Shown piece after piece: positions 50,122 through 60,500 of a stretch of 64,000 bases of DNA. The number at the start of each line of letters is the position of its first letter. Position 1 is the first letter of the stretch. A program made the translations under genes and the position numbers. The notes beneath the pieces were generated by a model, which ran no database searches, had not been told where the DNA came from, and saw only the letters and a list, made by a program, of their open reading frames with translations. Source of the stretch: Chlorokybus atmophyticus (Eukaryota; Plantae; Mesostigma and Chlorokybus algae); assembly GCA_009103225.1 (NCBI GenBank), contig RHPI01003491.1, positions 26,601-90,600 on the forward strand, given 5' to 3'.

Positions 50122-52500
50122 GTGGCAGCCCTGATGGCGCGCGTGGCACAGCTGGAGGAGAAAAAGGAGCAGGACTATCAAGCCTGCTATGCTGCTAGGT
50201 GGGCACTGATTGCACCAAAACGGGATAGGGACACTCCCACGCCGTCACGCGTACAACCATCAAGACGTGCGCGTAGAGAAGCTGGCGCGTCGTCAACAGC
50301 GGCATGATCGGACGCCACAAGTGGTGCTGCCTCAGCGGCCACAACTTCTGCCGGGATGACGCCGTCGACGACACCGTCGGCGTCCACACCGGCCACGACA
50401 GCATGTGTCAGCACTCGTGGCACCACGCAGTCCCCGGTGATGGCAAGCACCCACGCTGCAACAACCATGGTCGTTGGGTTTGTGGGTGGTGAATCCACCA
50501 CTCCTGCCTCCATTGAAGCGACCACATCGGCCGCAACTGCTGCCATCCTCACAGCCGCCACCTTAGTAACGAGGACTGCTGCAGGTGCCACCACCATCGT
50601 CTACAGTAGTGCTGCCACACCCACTGCACCACTTCCTGAGATTCGAACGGCACCGCCACCAGCGCTTGACGTTACACAGCAAGTGCCACGCGGACCACAA
50701 GCACAACGCGCCTGGGCGTCGGTTCCACGCAACGTGGAGCCCACCACCATTGCGTACGGACCAGGGGGGCAACGCACCACGCGCGTGGCACGCGATGATC
50801 GCATCTTGCCCCTACCACCTCCAGAGTACCACACGCTGCCGGAACCCACAACAGCAGCTGGAGGATAAAATCCTCGCCGGCACTGCGCCAGAGATGAGGG
50901 ATCGTCTTTTCGGGGTCACCTACCGGCGACCTGCAGTATTATAGCTGGCCATTCAGTTGTTCTTGGCATTACACGCACGATTGCAAGGCGCACCCAGTCA
51001 AACGCGGCAACCCATGCCCGCTCAACAGATCGACTTCGAGCCTTCGCCACTAAACCCACTCGGACTTCAGCGCCACAAAATACAAGACCTCGTGGTCACC
51101 ATGTCAGACATCGCGCTGGGCACTGATCCCGCTCTCCGGGGGCTCACTCCAGGCAGCCGACAAGAGCGTTTCTCTACCCTCGAACATGCACATCGTTATC
51201 AGATGGACCAAGCTGCCCAAGTGGACGCGCGCCGACAAGCGTACGACGCAGCACACGCCGTTATCGCACCAACCATAGCTCCGGCAGATGTTGCCAGCGC
51301 CTCCACAACGCTGACAACAGGGTACTCCACGGTAGTCGCCATCGAACAGCCAGGGCAAGCAACTGTTGCAGACCAAGCGAGGGCGTTGGCACAACAATTG
51401 AGGGGGGTAATCGCCCCGCTGCTGCCTTTTTTGGTCAAAGACATGCCCGAGGATCAACGATGCAGGGCGAGGGTACCTCACCCCGCAAGGGGACACCACA
51501 CAACGAGGAGGAGCTGGTATGGTGGGGGAGCAACAACTCCGTACCGCACTCATCCGGCAAGCAGTCATGTTGCACAGGCCTGAGGGCAACACGTTGAGAC
51601 AGATGATGGGGATGCAAGAGGGCAGCGCCGCTCGTGCCCGTCTCGTGACATGGCTCGTTGCCAGTCACCCTGCTGTCCCCCTGTTTGCCTTTGGCAACCG
51701 AGCATCATGGTTGGGGGCGTTCGTTCGTTCGCTGCGACAAGCATATGACGAGGCTGCCACCACAGCCCCGGACACGCTGGAGGGAGTGCAAGAGGCAATG
51801 CTGCGGCTGCCAGGGGTGGAAGCCGCGCGACAACGGCGGCGCATCGCCATTGCTCATGAGCTACACGCATAGCAGACTGACCTCCAGCGCACCCTACGCG
51901 CGCGCGCCATGACCGTGCTCGATGTGGGAGTGGTACAAGGAAGGTGGGATGCCTACATGGCAGGGATCTTGCGAGTCCCCACCATCACTCACGACATGCG
52001 GCGACAGCTACTACGCGCCGTATACCTGCAGCCCATGCCTCAATATTATCATTCGACCGACACGGACACCGAGCCCACGGCCACGTGGGAAGGGACGTTG
52101 ATCAGAGAAGCAGCTCATGCTGTCCGATGGACGTACGCCGCGGAGCAAGCTGAACGCGAGGCAGGCCCACAAACACCGGGGCCGCCGGGGTTTCCTCCAC
52201 AGCCATTGGGTACACCCGCGGGCATGATTCCCTCTTCGCAAAGGCGGCATCCACTTGCGCCGCCACCACAACCAGCGCCGGAACCTCCAGCACCGAGGCC
52301 CCCCCGTGTCTACCAACCACCACGCCAAGGTCGGTTCGGCAGAGGAAGAGAGCAAGGAGGGGGTTCTCCGGACCCAGCGGGCAGAGGAGCTCTGGCTGCA
52401 ATGCGCTCAGCACCCCCAGCTAAGAGAACAGAGGCAAAGGAGCAGACAGCTCGTATGAAGAGGCTGCATATCGACGCCACCGCTGCCATGGTGGCCAACC
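50122..52500 (+). pseudogene. Interrupted coding region of unknown function between Gag and protease
   Basis: ORF pieces 50122-50307, 50356-50868, 50957-51583, 51519-51872 and 51909 onward chain through in-frame stops and about two frameshifts. Confidence 0.6.
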
Positions 52501-52509
52501 AAGACAAGC

Positions 52510-52830
52510 ACGTTACCATCAACGGCCTGGCACCCAAGCGAGTAATGTTGGACATCGGAGCACAGCCTGTCATCATCGGGTGCTTCCTCGCGCGGTCTCT
52601 CGGCACAACCAGCTCCGACTTGGTGCCTTGCCCGTACGTGTTGGACACCGCCACAGGTAGCCGAGATAAGGTGATGGGAGTCACCAGGGAGGCCTTTTGC
52701 ATTTGGTTGACAGGGCTGGACCCAACCCACACAACCGAGATCGTCCAGCAATGTGTGGTCACCAATGCCGGCTCCTTCGACTTTCTGCTTGGGCAGGACT
52801 TCAACTTCCTTGTGGGCATGGGCCTCGACT
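52510..52830 (+). pseudogene. Retropepsin-like aspartic protease domain
   Basis: VTINGLAPKRVMLDIGAQPVIIG ... SFDFLLGQDF; DIG replaces D(T/S)G. Confidence 0.8.
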
Positions 52831-53279
52831 GCTGGACAGAGCGAGCGTGGATTCGGCCCCATTGGGATGAGGATGACGGGGAGGTGCAGGGTTTCCTGCC
52901 TCTCGAGTTGGTCTCGCGCACGCGCGCCCAGCGCAGAGTGGCTGCCGTGGCCACACGCAGCCACGCTCGCACACGGAAGGCTGCAACGGCCACATACGAC
53001 GGCGCTCGGACGCAAGTCGCTGCTGGTGCCACGGTCCCGTGTCGGATCGTCGACTCCTCTCCCACCCCGTACAACGAGGAGCAAGAAGATGCGATCGTGG
53101 AAGTAGCATTACAAGACCCAGCCGAACGGCGCTGGCGCGCACAAGTGGATGCGCACGTCTTGCTCAGCCATCCACTGATCACCACGCGATTCCCCAACTA
53201 CCGACGCCACGTCAAGGTGCAGGACCACCATATGGTGGCCACCGGAGTGGTGGAGTTCCACACCTTTCGCAGGCAACAG

Positions 53280-54243
53280 GGCATCACAGTGTTGGAGCTG
53301 TTTGGAGGCATTGGCAGCGGTCTTGCTGCGGTCCTCAACACAGGGGTAAAGGTTGTCAAATACTATTACTGTGACCAAGACCCACACGCGCAAACAGCCC
53401 TGAAACACCACTTACGCCAACTGCACGAAAGGTATTCACGTCAACTACCCCTCTCAGCGTTGCACGGCAGCCTCAAAGCATTGCCACAAGACATCCGGCT
53501 GATCACTGAAGATCACCTACTGTCCCTCGGCAACGTCGACCTGTGAATAGCTGGGTGGGAATGCCAAGGGCACTCCAGGGCAGGCAAGGGGCACGGCCTC
53601 GAAAACCCTCGCTGCGGGCTGTTTTGGGAGCTGATGAGAATTATCCACCTCCTTTAACACCACCAGATCTCCAGACCCCTGGGGTATGTCATCAAAAATG
53701 TGCATTCAGAGGACGACAGGCGTCCGCACGTGGCCTCCAGCTACCGACAAGTTTGCTCCATTCTGGGGCACCCACTCAAGGTGAACGCTGCACGACATGG
53801 CTCGCGCGCGCATCGTGTACGTGCCAAGTGGACAAACTTGGCCACCGTGGAAGAACTCATGACCGCAGAATACACGCGCAGCGCTCGGCCGCGCAACCTG
53901 CTGGTCGATGACATCCTTGACCCCGGCCGCACAGCACAACCTGTCCTGCGTCATGACCACCACCACTTCTACCCGTGCAATCAGCCCGGGCAGCCCCGTC
54001 GCGCACTGCCCACATTGGTGTCCTACCCGGGCTCCTATGCATTCCGGAACGGTGGTAACGGGATGGTGTTTGATGCGACCACCAACAGGTTGGAGGAACC
54101 CAACGCACGCGAACGTAAACGCGCCATGGGATTCTTCCCCAACAGCATCACGGGTTCATCGCTGACAGATAGCCAGCAATGCCAACTGCTTGGCCGCGCC
54201 ATGGACCAGAACAGCATGGTATGGCTGCTGGAGCTGAGCTTCG
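53280..54243 (+). pseudogene. C5 cytosine DNA methyltransferase domain (two in-frame stops)
   Basis: One frame: ITVLELFGGIGSG (motif I), YYYCDQD (II), QDIRLI (III), VDL*IAGWECQGHS (IV), GLFWEL (V), YVIKNV (VI), AHRVRAKWTNL (VIII), EPNARERKRAMGFFPN (IX), QLLGRAMDQNSM (X). Stops at 53544 and 53655. Confidence 0.92.
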
Positions 54244-54539
54244 CATTACAGGACCGCCACGTGTCCTTCGAGGATCTCGAACACTTGGCTGGGGGGTGGG
54301 CTGATCGCGTAGCCGACACCAAGGCAGCTCACACAGCCCTCGAGGTGGTCCACATGGAGGAGCAAGCAGCAGTGACAGTGGAGGACATTCCCGTGGTCGC
54401 CAATGCAACCTCCTGGGACCATGCCATTGGCCCGTTGGCCACAGAAGACACTCGAGAGAAGCTGGAAACTCTCCTCAACAAATGGAGGAGCCAATTCAGC
54501 TTCAATGTGAAGGAATTAGGGACGTGCTCAGTGTACCAG

Positions 54540-55830
54540 ACGGACATCGAGCTGGTGGACACTGAGCCGGTGTTCCGGCGACAATACATGCTCTCCAAGT
54601 TGGAAGAGGACCTGGTGGAACAAAGATGTAAGGCGCTGCTTGATGCAGGCTTATCGAAGAGTCCACATTGGACTTCGCAGCAGCAACTGTCATGCCACTG
54701 AAGAAGGATTCAGCAGGCAACTGGACAGAACGACGCATGTGTGGCGACTATCGCCCCCTCAACAACAAGACCAAGCAAGACAGGTACCCCATGCCCACAG
54801 CGGAGGGTATCTTTGATGATGTGGGAGACTGGACCGTCTTCAGCATCCTGGACATGCGTCAAGGGTACAACCAAATTGCCATTAAGGACGAGGACAAGCA
54901 CAAGACATCCTACTGGGGCAACCGACAGTTGTACCAATGGAAGGTAATGCCGTTCGGGCTGCAGAACGCCCCTGCCAAGTTGCAACGCGTCATGGACAAG
55001 GCCTTAAATGGGCTGGACTGCGCGCGGTGCTACATCGATGACATCCTCATCTTCAGCCGCAGCAGCGAGGAGCATCTTCAGCACATCGAAGCGGTGCTGG
55101 AACGACTCAAAGGAGTGGGGATGACCGTACACCCCGACAAGTGTACCTTCTTCACCCACAAGGTGCCATACTTAGGGCACATGATTGTGCCCCATGGTGT
55201 GTATGTGCAGCAGGCAAAAGTAGAGGCTCTGGCAGCTATCCCTGCCCCGACAGACCTCACACGTCTGCGCGCTTCCTTGGGACTTGCCAACTACTATCGC
55301 CGGTTCGTGAAGGACTTCGCGAAGATCGCCAGGCCCCTCAATGAGCTACTGAAGAAGGAGGTGGAGTTCGCATGGCTTGAGCCGCAACAGCAGGCCTTCA
55401 AGGAGCTGAAGAGCAGGCTCACCAGCGCTCCCATCCTTCAACGTCCAGACTACGCCAAGCCTTTCATCCTTCACACCGACTGGAGCAAGCTGGGGATGGG
55501 AGCGGTGCTGGTGCAGCACGATGAGAATAAGAAGGAGCGGGTGGTGTCATACGCCCGCCGAAGCAACAACAGCGCCGAGGCCAACTACAGCAGCTACGAA
55601 GGGGAGTGCCTCGCTGCAGTGTGGGCCATCTCCTTCTTCCGACCTTTCCTCTTTGGTCGACAGTTCCAACTAATCACCGATCATGAGCCCCTCAAGTGGC
55701 TGATGACCAACCAACACCTGACAGGGAAACTTGCTCGATGGGCCCTGCTGTTGCAGGAATACGACTTCGAGATCGACCACCGCGCTGGCCTCACCAACCA
55801 GGACACCGATGGCCTCAATCGCAACCCTCA
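54540..55830 (+). pseudogene. pol: Reverse transcriptase and RNase H (Ty3/Gypsy type)
   Basis: RMCGDYRPLN, LDMRQGYNQI, MPFGLQNAPA, CYIDDILIFS, FILHTDWS, YEGECLAAVWA, ITDHEPLKWL. A 1-nt frameshift near 54650 separates it from the DNMT frame. Confidence 0.95.
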
Positions 55831-56289
55831 CCTCAGCACCAACGACGCAACTGAAGCTCGGCATGAGCTCGTCCCTGCAGCAACAGCCCCCACCATGGCA
55901 GCTATGTTTGCTGCTGCCGCGTTGCGCTCAGGGCGCAAGACCAACACCACGGCCTCAGCAATAGCAGAGGAAATTCCTGCCCTTGAGCCGACAGACCCTG
56001 CTACAACCCCACCCTTGGGAGACGCCCATGCAGCCGACATTGACGTCGATAACACAGAGGCGCCCACTGACACCAGGCAGGACATATGGCAGGACCAGCC
56101 ATCACTCTCCTTTCTTCAAAGTGGCCAGCTTCCCTCCGGCATGAGCGCTCGAGAGAAGGACCGAGTCAACCAACGCACCCGTCACTATCAATGGGCAGGT
56201 GACAAGCTGTATCGCCGCTTCCACGACGAAGACAAGGAAGTGCCGACCCGGTCACGCGCGAGGGCATCATCACTTCCCTCCACACTAAG

Positions 56290-57542
56290 CTTGGACACTT
56301 CGGTGTCAAGCGTATGTTAGCCTAGTGAGGGCACAATATTGGTGGTATGGACTAACAAAACAAGTGCAGGGGTTCGTCAGCCACTGCCAACAGTGTGACA
56401 TGGTGCGCGCCAGCCTCAACACGCGTAGCGCCACCTTGCACCCACTCCCCATCTCCGGTCTCTTTTACCGATGGGGACTCGACATATTGGGGGACTTGGC
56501 ACCCTCAGCGCGTGGCAACCGGTACAACCTGGTCATGATCGAGCACTTCTCCAAATGGGTGAAGCTGGTACCATTACCTGACAAGAGCAGCAGGGGGGTG
56601 TCTCAAGCCTTCCTCTCTCACGTTCTCAGCCGATTTGGCAGCTGCGCCGAGGTCGTCACTAACCAAGGTACTGAGTTCAGAGGGGAATTCGACACCCTCT
56701 TGGACAAATGTTACATCGACCACCGCCGTACCTCGCGCGATCACCCTCAAGCCGACGGCCTCGCCGAGCGTACAGTACAGACCATCAAGAAGGCACTCCG
56801 CAAGTACGTGCTGGAGTACGAAAAGAACACTTGGGATGATCACCTCCCGTGGGTGGCCCTCGGATATCGATTGTCAAAGCAGGCGGCTCTGCGGGAGTAC
56901 AGCCCGTACTACCTGCTGTTCGGGCGACCACCATTGCTCCCCTTCCGTGCGCAGCAGGAGGTGGATCGCGTCGTGAACAACCTCGACGACCCTGACTGGA
57001 TGCACCACGACATCACCACGCACGCCGCGCTTTTCGAGCGCACCGTCCCCATGGCCTTCAACAACGTGCGTATCGCGCAGCATCGCGACACGCTGCGCTA
57101 CGAGCGCGTACGCAGCGGCTTCTACCAGGAGCGCCAACGGCGGTTCCAAGCGGGGGACTTTGCGTATCGCATGGCGGCCACCAAAGACACGCTTAACACC
57201 TCCGTAAGCCGCACCGTCTACAAGGTACTCAAAGTGTACCCCACAGGGGTGCTGGACCTCCTTGGTCAAAACGGAGAGAGGTTGAAGGACAACATGGTGA
57301 ACTGTGCGCCATGTCACCTTCCTTATGTAGCCGGCTTCGGGCGTATCCAGCACCCTCGTCCCGCGCGCAGCACACGCTGGGAACGCGGCGGCAGCGCCGA
57401 CGATGACGCACTCATGATGCTCTGCGATGGCTGCAACAAGGGCCTGCATTGCTACTGCCTGGAGCCACCTCTTGACGCAATACCTATGGAGGAGTATTGG
57501 TGCGACGATTGTCGCACCAACGGCCCTCCTCACTTGCGCTAG
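56290..57542 (+). pseudogene. DDE integrase with C-terminal PHD finger
   Basis: GHFGVKR, YWWYGL...CQQC, WGLDILG, VTNQGTEF, ADGLAERTVQTIK, then LMMLCDGCNKGLHCYCLEPPLDAIPMEEYWCDDC (about 57410-57520). Frameshift near 56255. Confidence 0.92.
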
Positions 57543-60500
57543 CAGCTGAGCTCTGGAGCTGGAACCTCCCCCAGAGCCCAGGGGGGGTGGCTTGCTGACT
57601 TTGTGTGCTACAGCACAGCATGTATACTAGGGAGAACACCGACTCCACCTGCCGGTACTACCCAGCAGCAGCAGACCAGCTGCACAGAGCACTTGTCACC
57701 ATGAGGGTTGGGTCATCTTTTGCTTTTTTTACTTTTTGCTGCACGTTGCACAGGTGGCGCAGCAGCATGTCCAGCACGGCATGGCTGTCCATGCAGCTGT
57801 CCGAGACAGCGTGACCCTCGACTCTCCTCGACCCGACAGACTGGTGCCTCCGTCAGCGCCTTCTTCAACGCAGCAAATGCATGTTTTTCTGTTGCTGACC
57901 AGCTCCAAGGCTTTCCCTTCTTGAGTAGGGCAGTCAAGGGAGCAGCTATGCGCGAAAACCCCATGATGAACTTGCGATAATACCCCGCAAGGCCTAAAAC
58001 GGACATCACCTCCTTTACGTTGGTCGGGGAAGCCCACTCGCGCACCACCTGGCCTTTGTTGAGGTACGGCTTCATGCAACACGATGCCTTCATGCAACAC
58101 GATGTGGCCTAGGTACTCCACCTCTCGAAGCAAGAACTTGCACTTTTGTAGCTGGGCGTACAACTTGTGTTCGCGCAAACGCTGCAACACGCGCCGTAGA
58201 AGTGCCACGTGCTCCTCATTTGTCTTCGCGTTCACCAAATTGTCGTTGTGGTACACGAGGACTCCCTTACCAATTAAGTCAGCAAAATGGCTGTTCGTTA
58301 GCGTTTGAAATGTTGCCGGCGCGTTTGTAAGCCCGAAGGACATAACCAACCACTCGTAGTGCCCATGACGTGTGTTAAAAGCTGTTTTCTCCACATCCTC
58401 GGGCGCGATGCGGATTTGGTGATAACGTTCAGAAAGATCAAGTGTTGTGAAGTACTGCGCACCTTGCAATTGCTCCAGCAACTCGTCAATACGTGGGAGT
58501 GGAAAGCAATTCCTTTTTGTGATGTTGTTAAGAGCTCGGTAGTCGACGCACATGCGCAAGCTCCCGTTCTTCTTTCGTACAAACAAAATAGGTGCACCAT
58601 AAGGGGACTTACTAGGCCTGATGTAGCCTCTTTTCAACAAGTCCGCCACCTGCCTCTTGGCCTCTTCCAGCTCCAAAGGTGACAGCTTGTATACGGGTCG
58701 ATACGGTGGCTTGTGCACGCCCTCAATCAGCTCCACACGGTGGTCTACGCTCCGTGGAGGTGGTAGACCAGATGGAAGTCCGTCCACCATGATATCTTAG
58801 TATTCTTTAACAAGTTTACACACCTCGGGGTCCATCGTAGCCGTCTTAACATCGTCACTCAGCTCTGGTGCTGACTTTGCAGTGTTTTCGCGCACCACGC
58901 ACAACCATGCAGCCTTTGCCTTCCGTGGAGACAATAACTTCCTCAATTGCACATAAAAGATTTGATGAATTGTCGTACCACCTTGAATGGACTCTCCACC
59001 GTTTTATTCAATGGTGAGCACGCGCTTCCTCCAATTGATGGATGGATTATGTTGCCATAGCCACAGTAGTCCCAAAATCCCGTCAAACCCGTTCCGTAGG
59101 GTGATGCAGCAAAATCGCATGTTCACCTTTATCTTTCCAATGCGAACGCACAACTCTTTGGTCATTAACGCAGCGCCATTACCTCTAGAGAGTGGCCATC
59201 AGCGAGCTTCACTTCACCTTTTCGTATTAACAAAAGCCAACCATAACGCCGCGCAATATCTCTACTCATAAAGTTGTTTGGCACCGCTATCAATCATGAG
59301 CTTACACTCTCTCCATCAACCTTGGTCATTGCAATTGTGTGCTCGAAGCCCGAAGTACTTTGTTGTCTCCTCTTTTGCATAACTTACCACCGTTGGCGCG
59401 TTCATAGCCATCTTCTCTTGCTTCCTTGATGGAAATGTCACAGCATCCGTTCGTGCATGAGGCTCCTTCCTATCCCCAACAGTAGCCTCCTCACCTACTG
59501 AGGAAAGTCGTTTTCCTGCTCCACGCCATTTTGCTCCATGGTGTTGACGCGACGATCACGGCGAGGGTTGCCATCCGGTGTTGGCCTTTGCGTGCTTTGT
59601 TTGGGGCATTCGTACGCCAATAGCTCAGTCGACCCACACGCATAACACTTGCGCACACCTATACCTCTTTCACCACGTCCGCCGTGCTTCGCCTCACTTC
59701 CATGCGTGTGTATGGCACCCACCTCCATTGGTGCAAGCCCAGAGTCAGCTCCACCTCTATTGGCAAGCGCTAAACTTGGTTCTCCTCGTCTCCATGCATG
59801 CTGAAAGCCTCCCCGGGGCTGATCACCATGCCTTTGCCTCCAGTCAGTGTTTCTTGCGGTGGACTTGAAGTACAGTGCGTCGAGACGCTCCGCGATGCGT
59901 ATAGCCTCCGCGAGTGTCTGCGGTTCCTGTAGCTCCACTTTTTTATGCCCCCAAGGTTTTAAACCACGTGTATACCTGTCCAGCTGCTCCTCCTCGGTCA
60001 TATTGGGTATGGACATCACCAATCGCTGAAACGCAGCCGTGTACGCCATCACCGACCCCATTTGCACAAGGGCTGCAAGTTTGTCACGTGCGGCCTTCAC
60101 GCTCTCAACGGGAACAAATTGATGCCTGACCTCCAGTGCCAACTCTTCCATGGTGGTCAATGGCAGTGTCATCCCACTTGCAACACGCGTACAACGATGT
60201 CTCCACCAAACAAGTGCTGCACCTTCAAGTAATGTCGCTGCGACCTCCACGTGCAGATGCGTAGGCACCTCCGGGAGCTTCAACCAAGACGATACTTGGA
60301 AAATCCATTCATCTACTGCATCTCCATCACATTGACCCTTGAATGGCTTGGGCTTTAGCACCTTCACATGCACGCGCGAGCTTGATGCCATGGGAACTTG
60401 TACACGCGCCATTGCATGCTCATACGCCTCGCGTTGTGCTTGTGCCGCCGCTTGAGTGTGATGAAGCTCTTCCCTCAATGCTAAGATGGCAGCTTGAAGC

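Larger units (their letters stand above)
47604..57838 (+). mobile_element. Gypsy-type retroelement carrying a C5 DNA methyltransferase and a PHD finger; no LTR pair found
   Basis: TSD GACT at 47600-47603 and 57839-57842 restores the host pol sequence aggactggtgcc. Termini TGTC...GACA. Domain order gag-PR-DNMT-RT-RH-IN-PHD. Confidence 0.92.

Noticed and set aside
50119-53657. All premature stops in the DNMT element can be explained by C-to-T changes (self-methylation scars)
   Set aside because: Circular: every stop codon is one C-to-T step from CAA, CAG or CGA. A family consensus is needed to measure the mutation spectrum.
47651-57820. Shared 14-nt motif near both ends as remnant LTRs
   Set aside because: Flanking sequences do not align, so it is too short to call an LTR pair. 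Kept only as a note in the end-structure finding.
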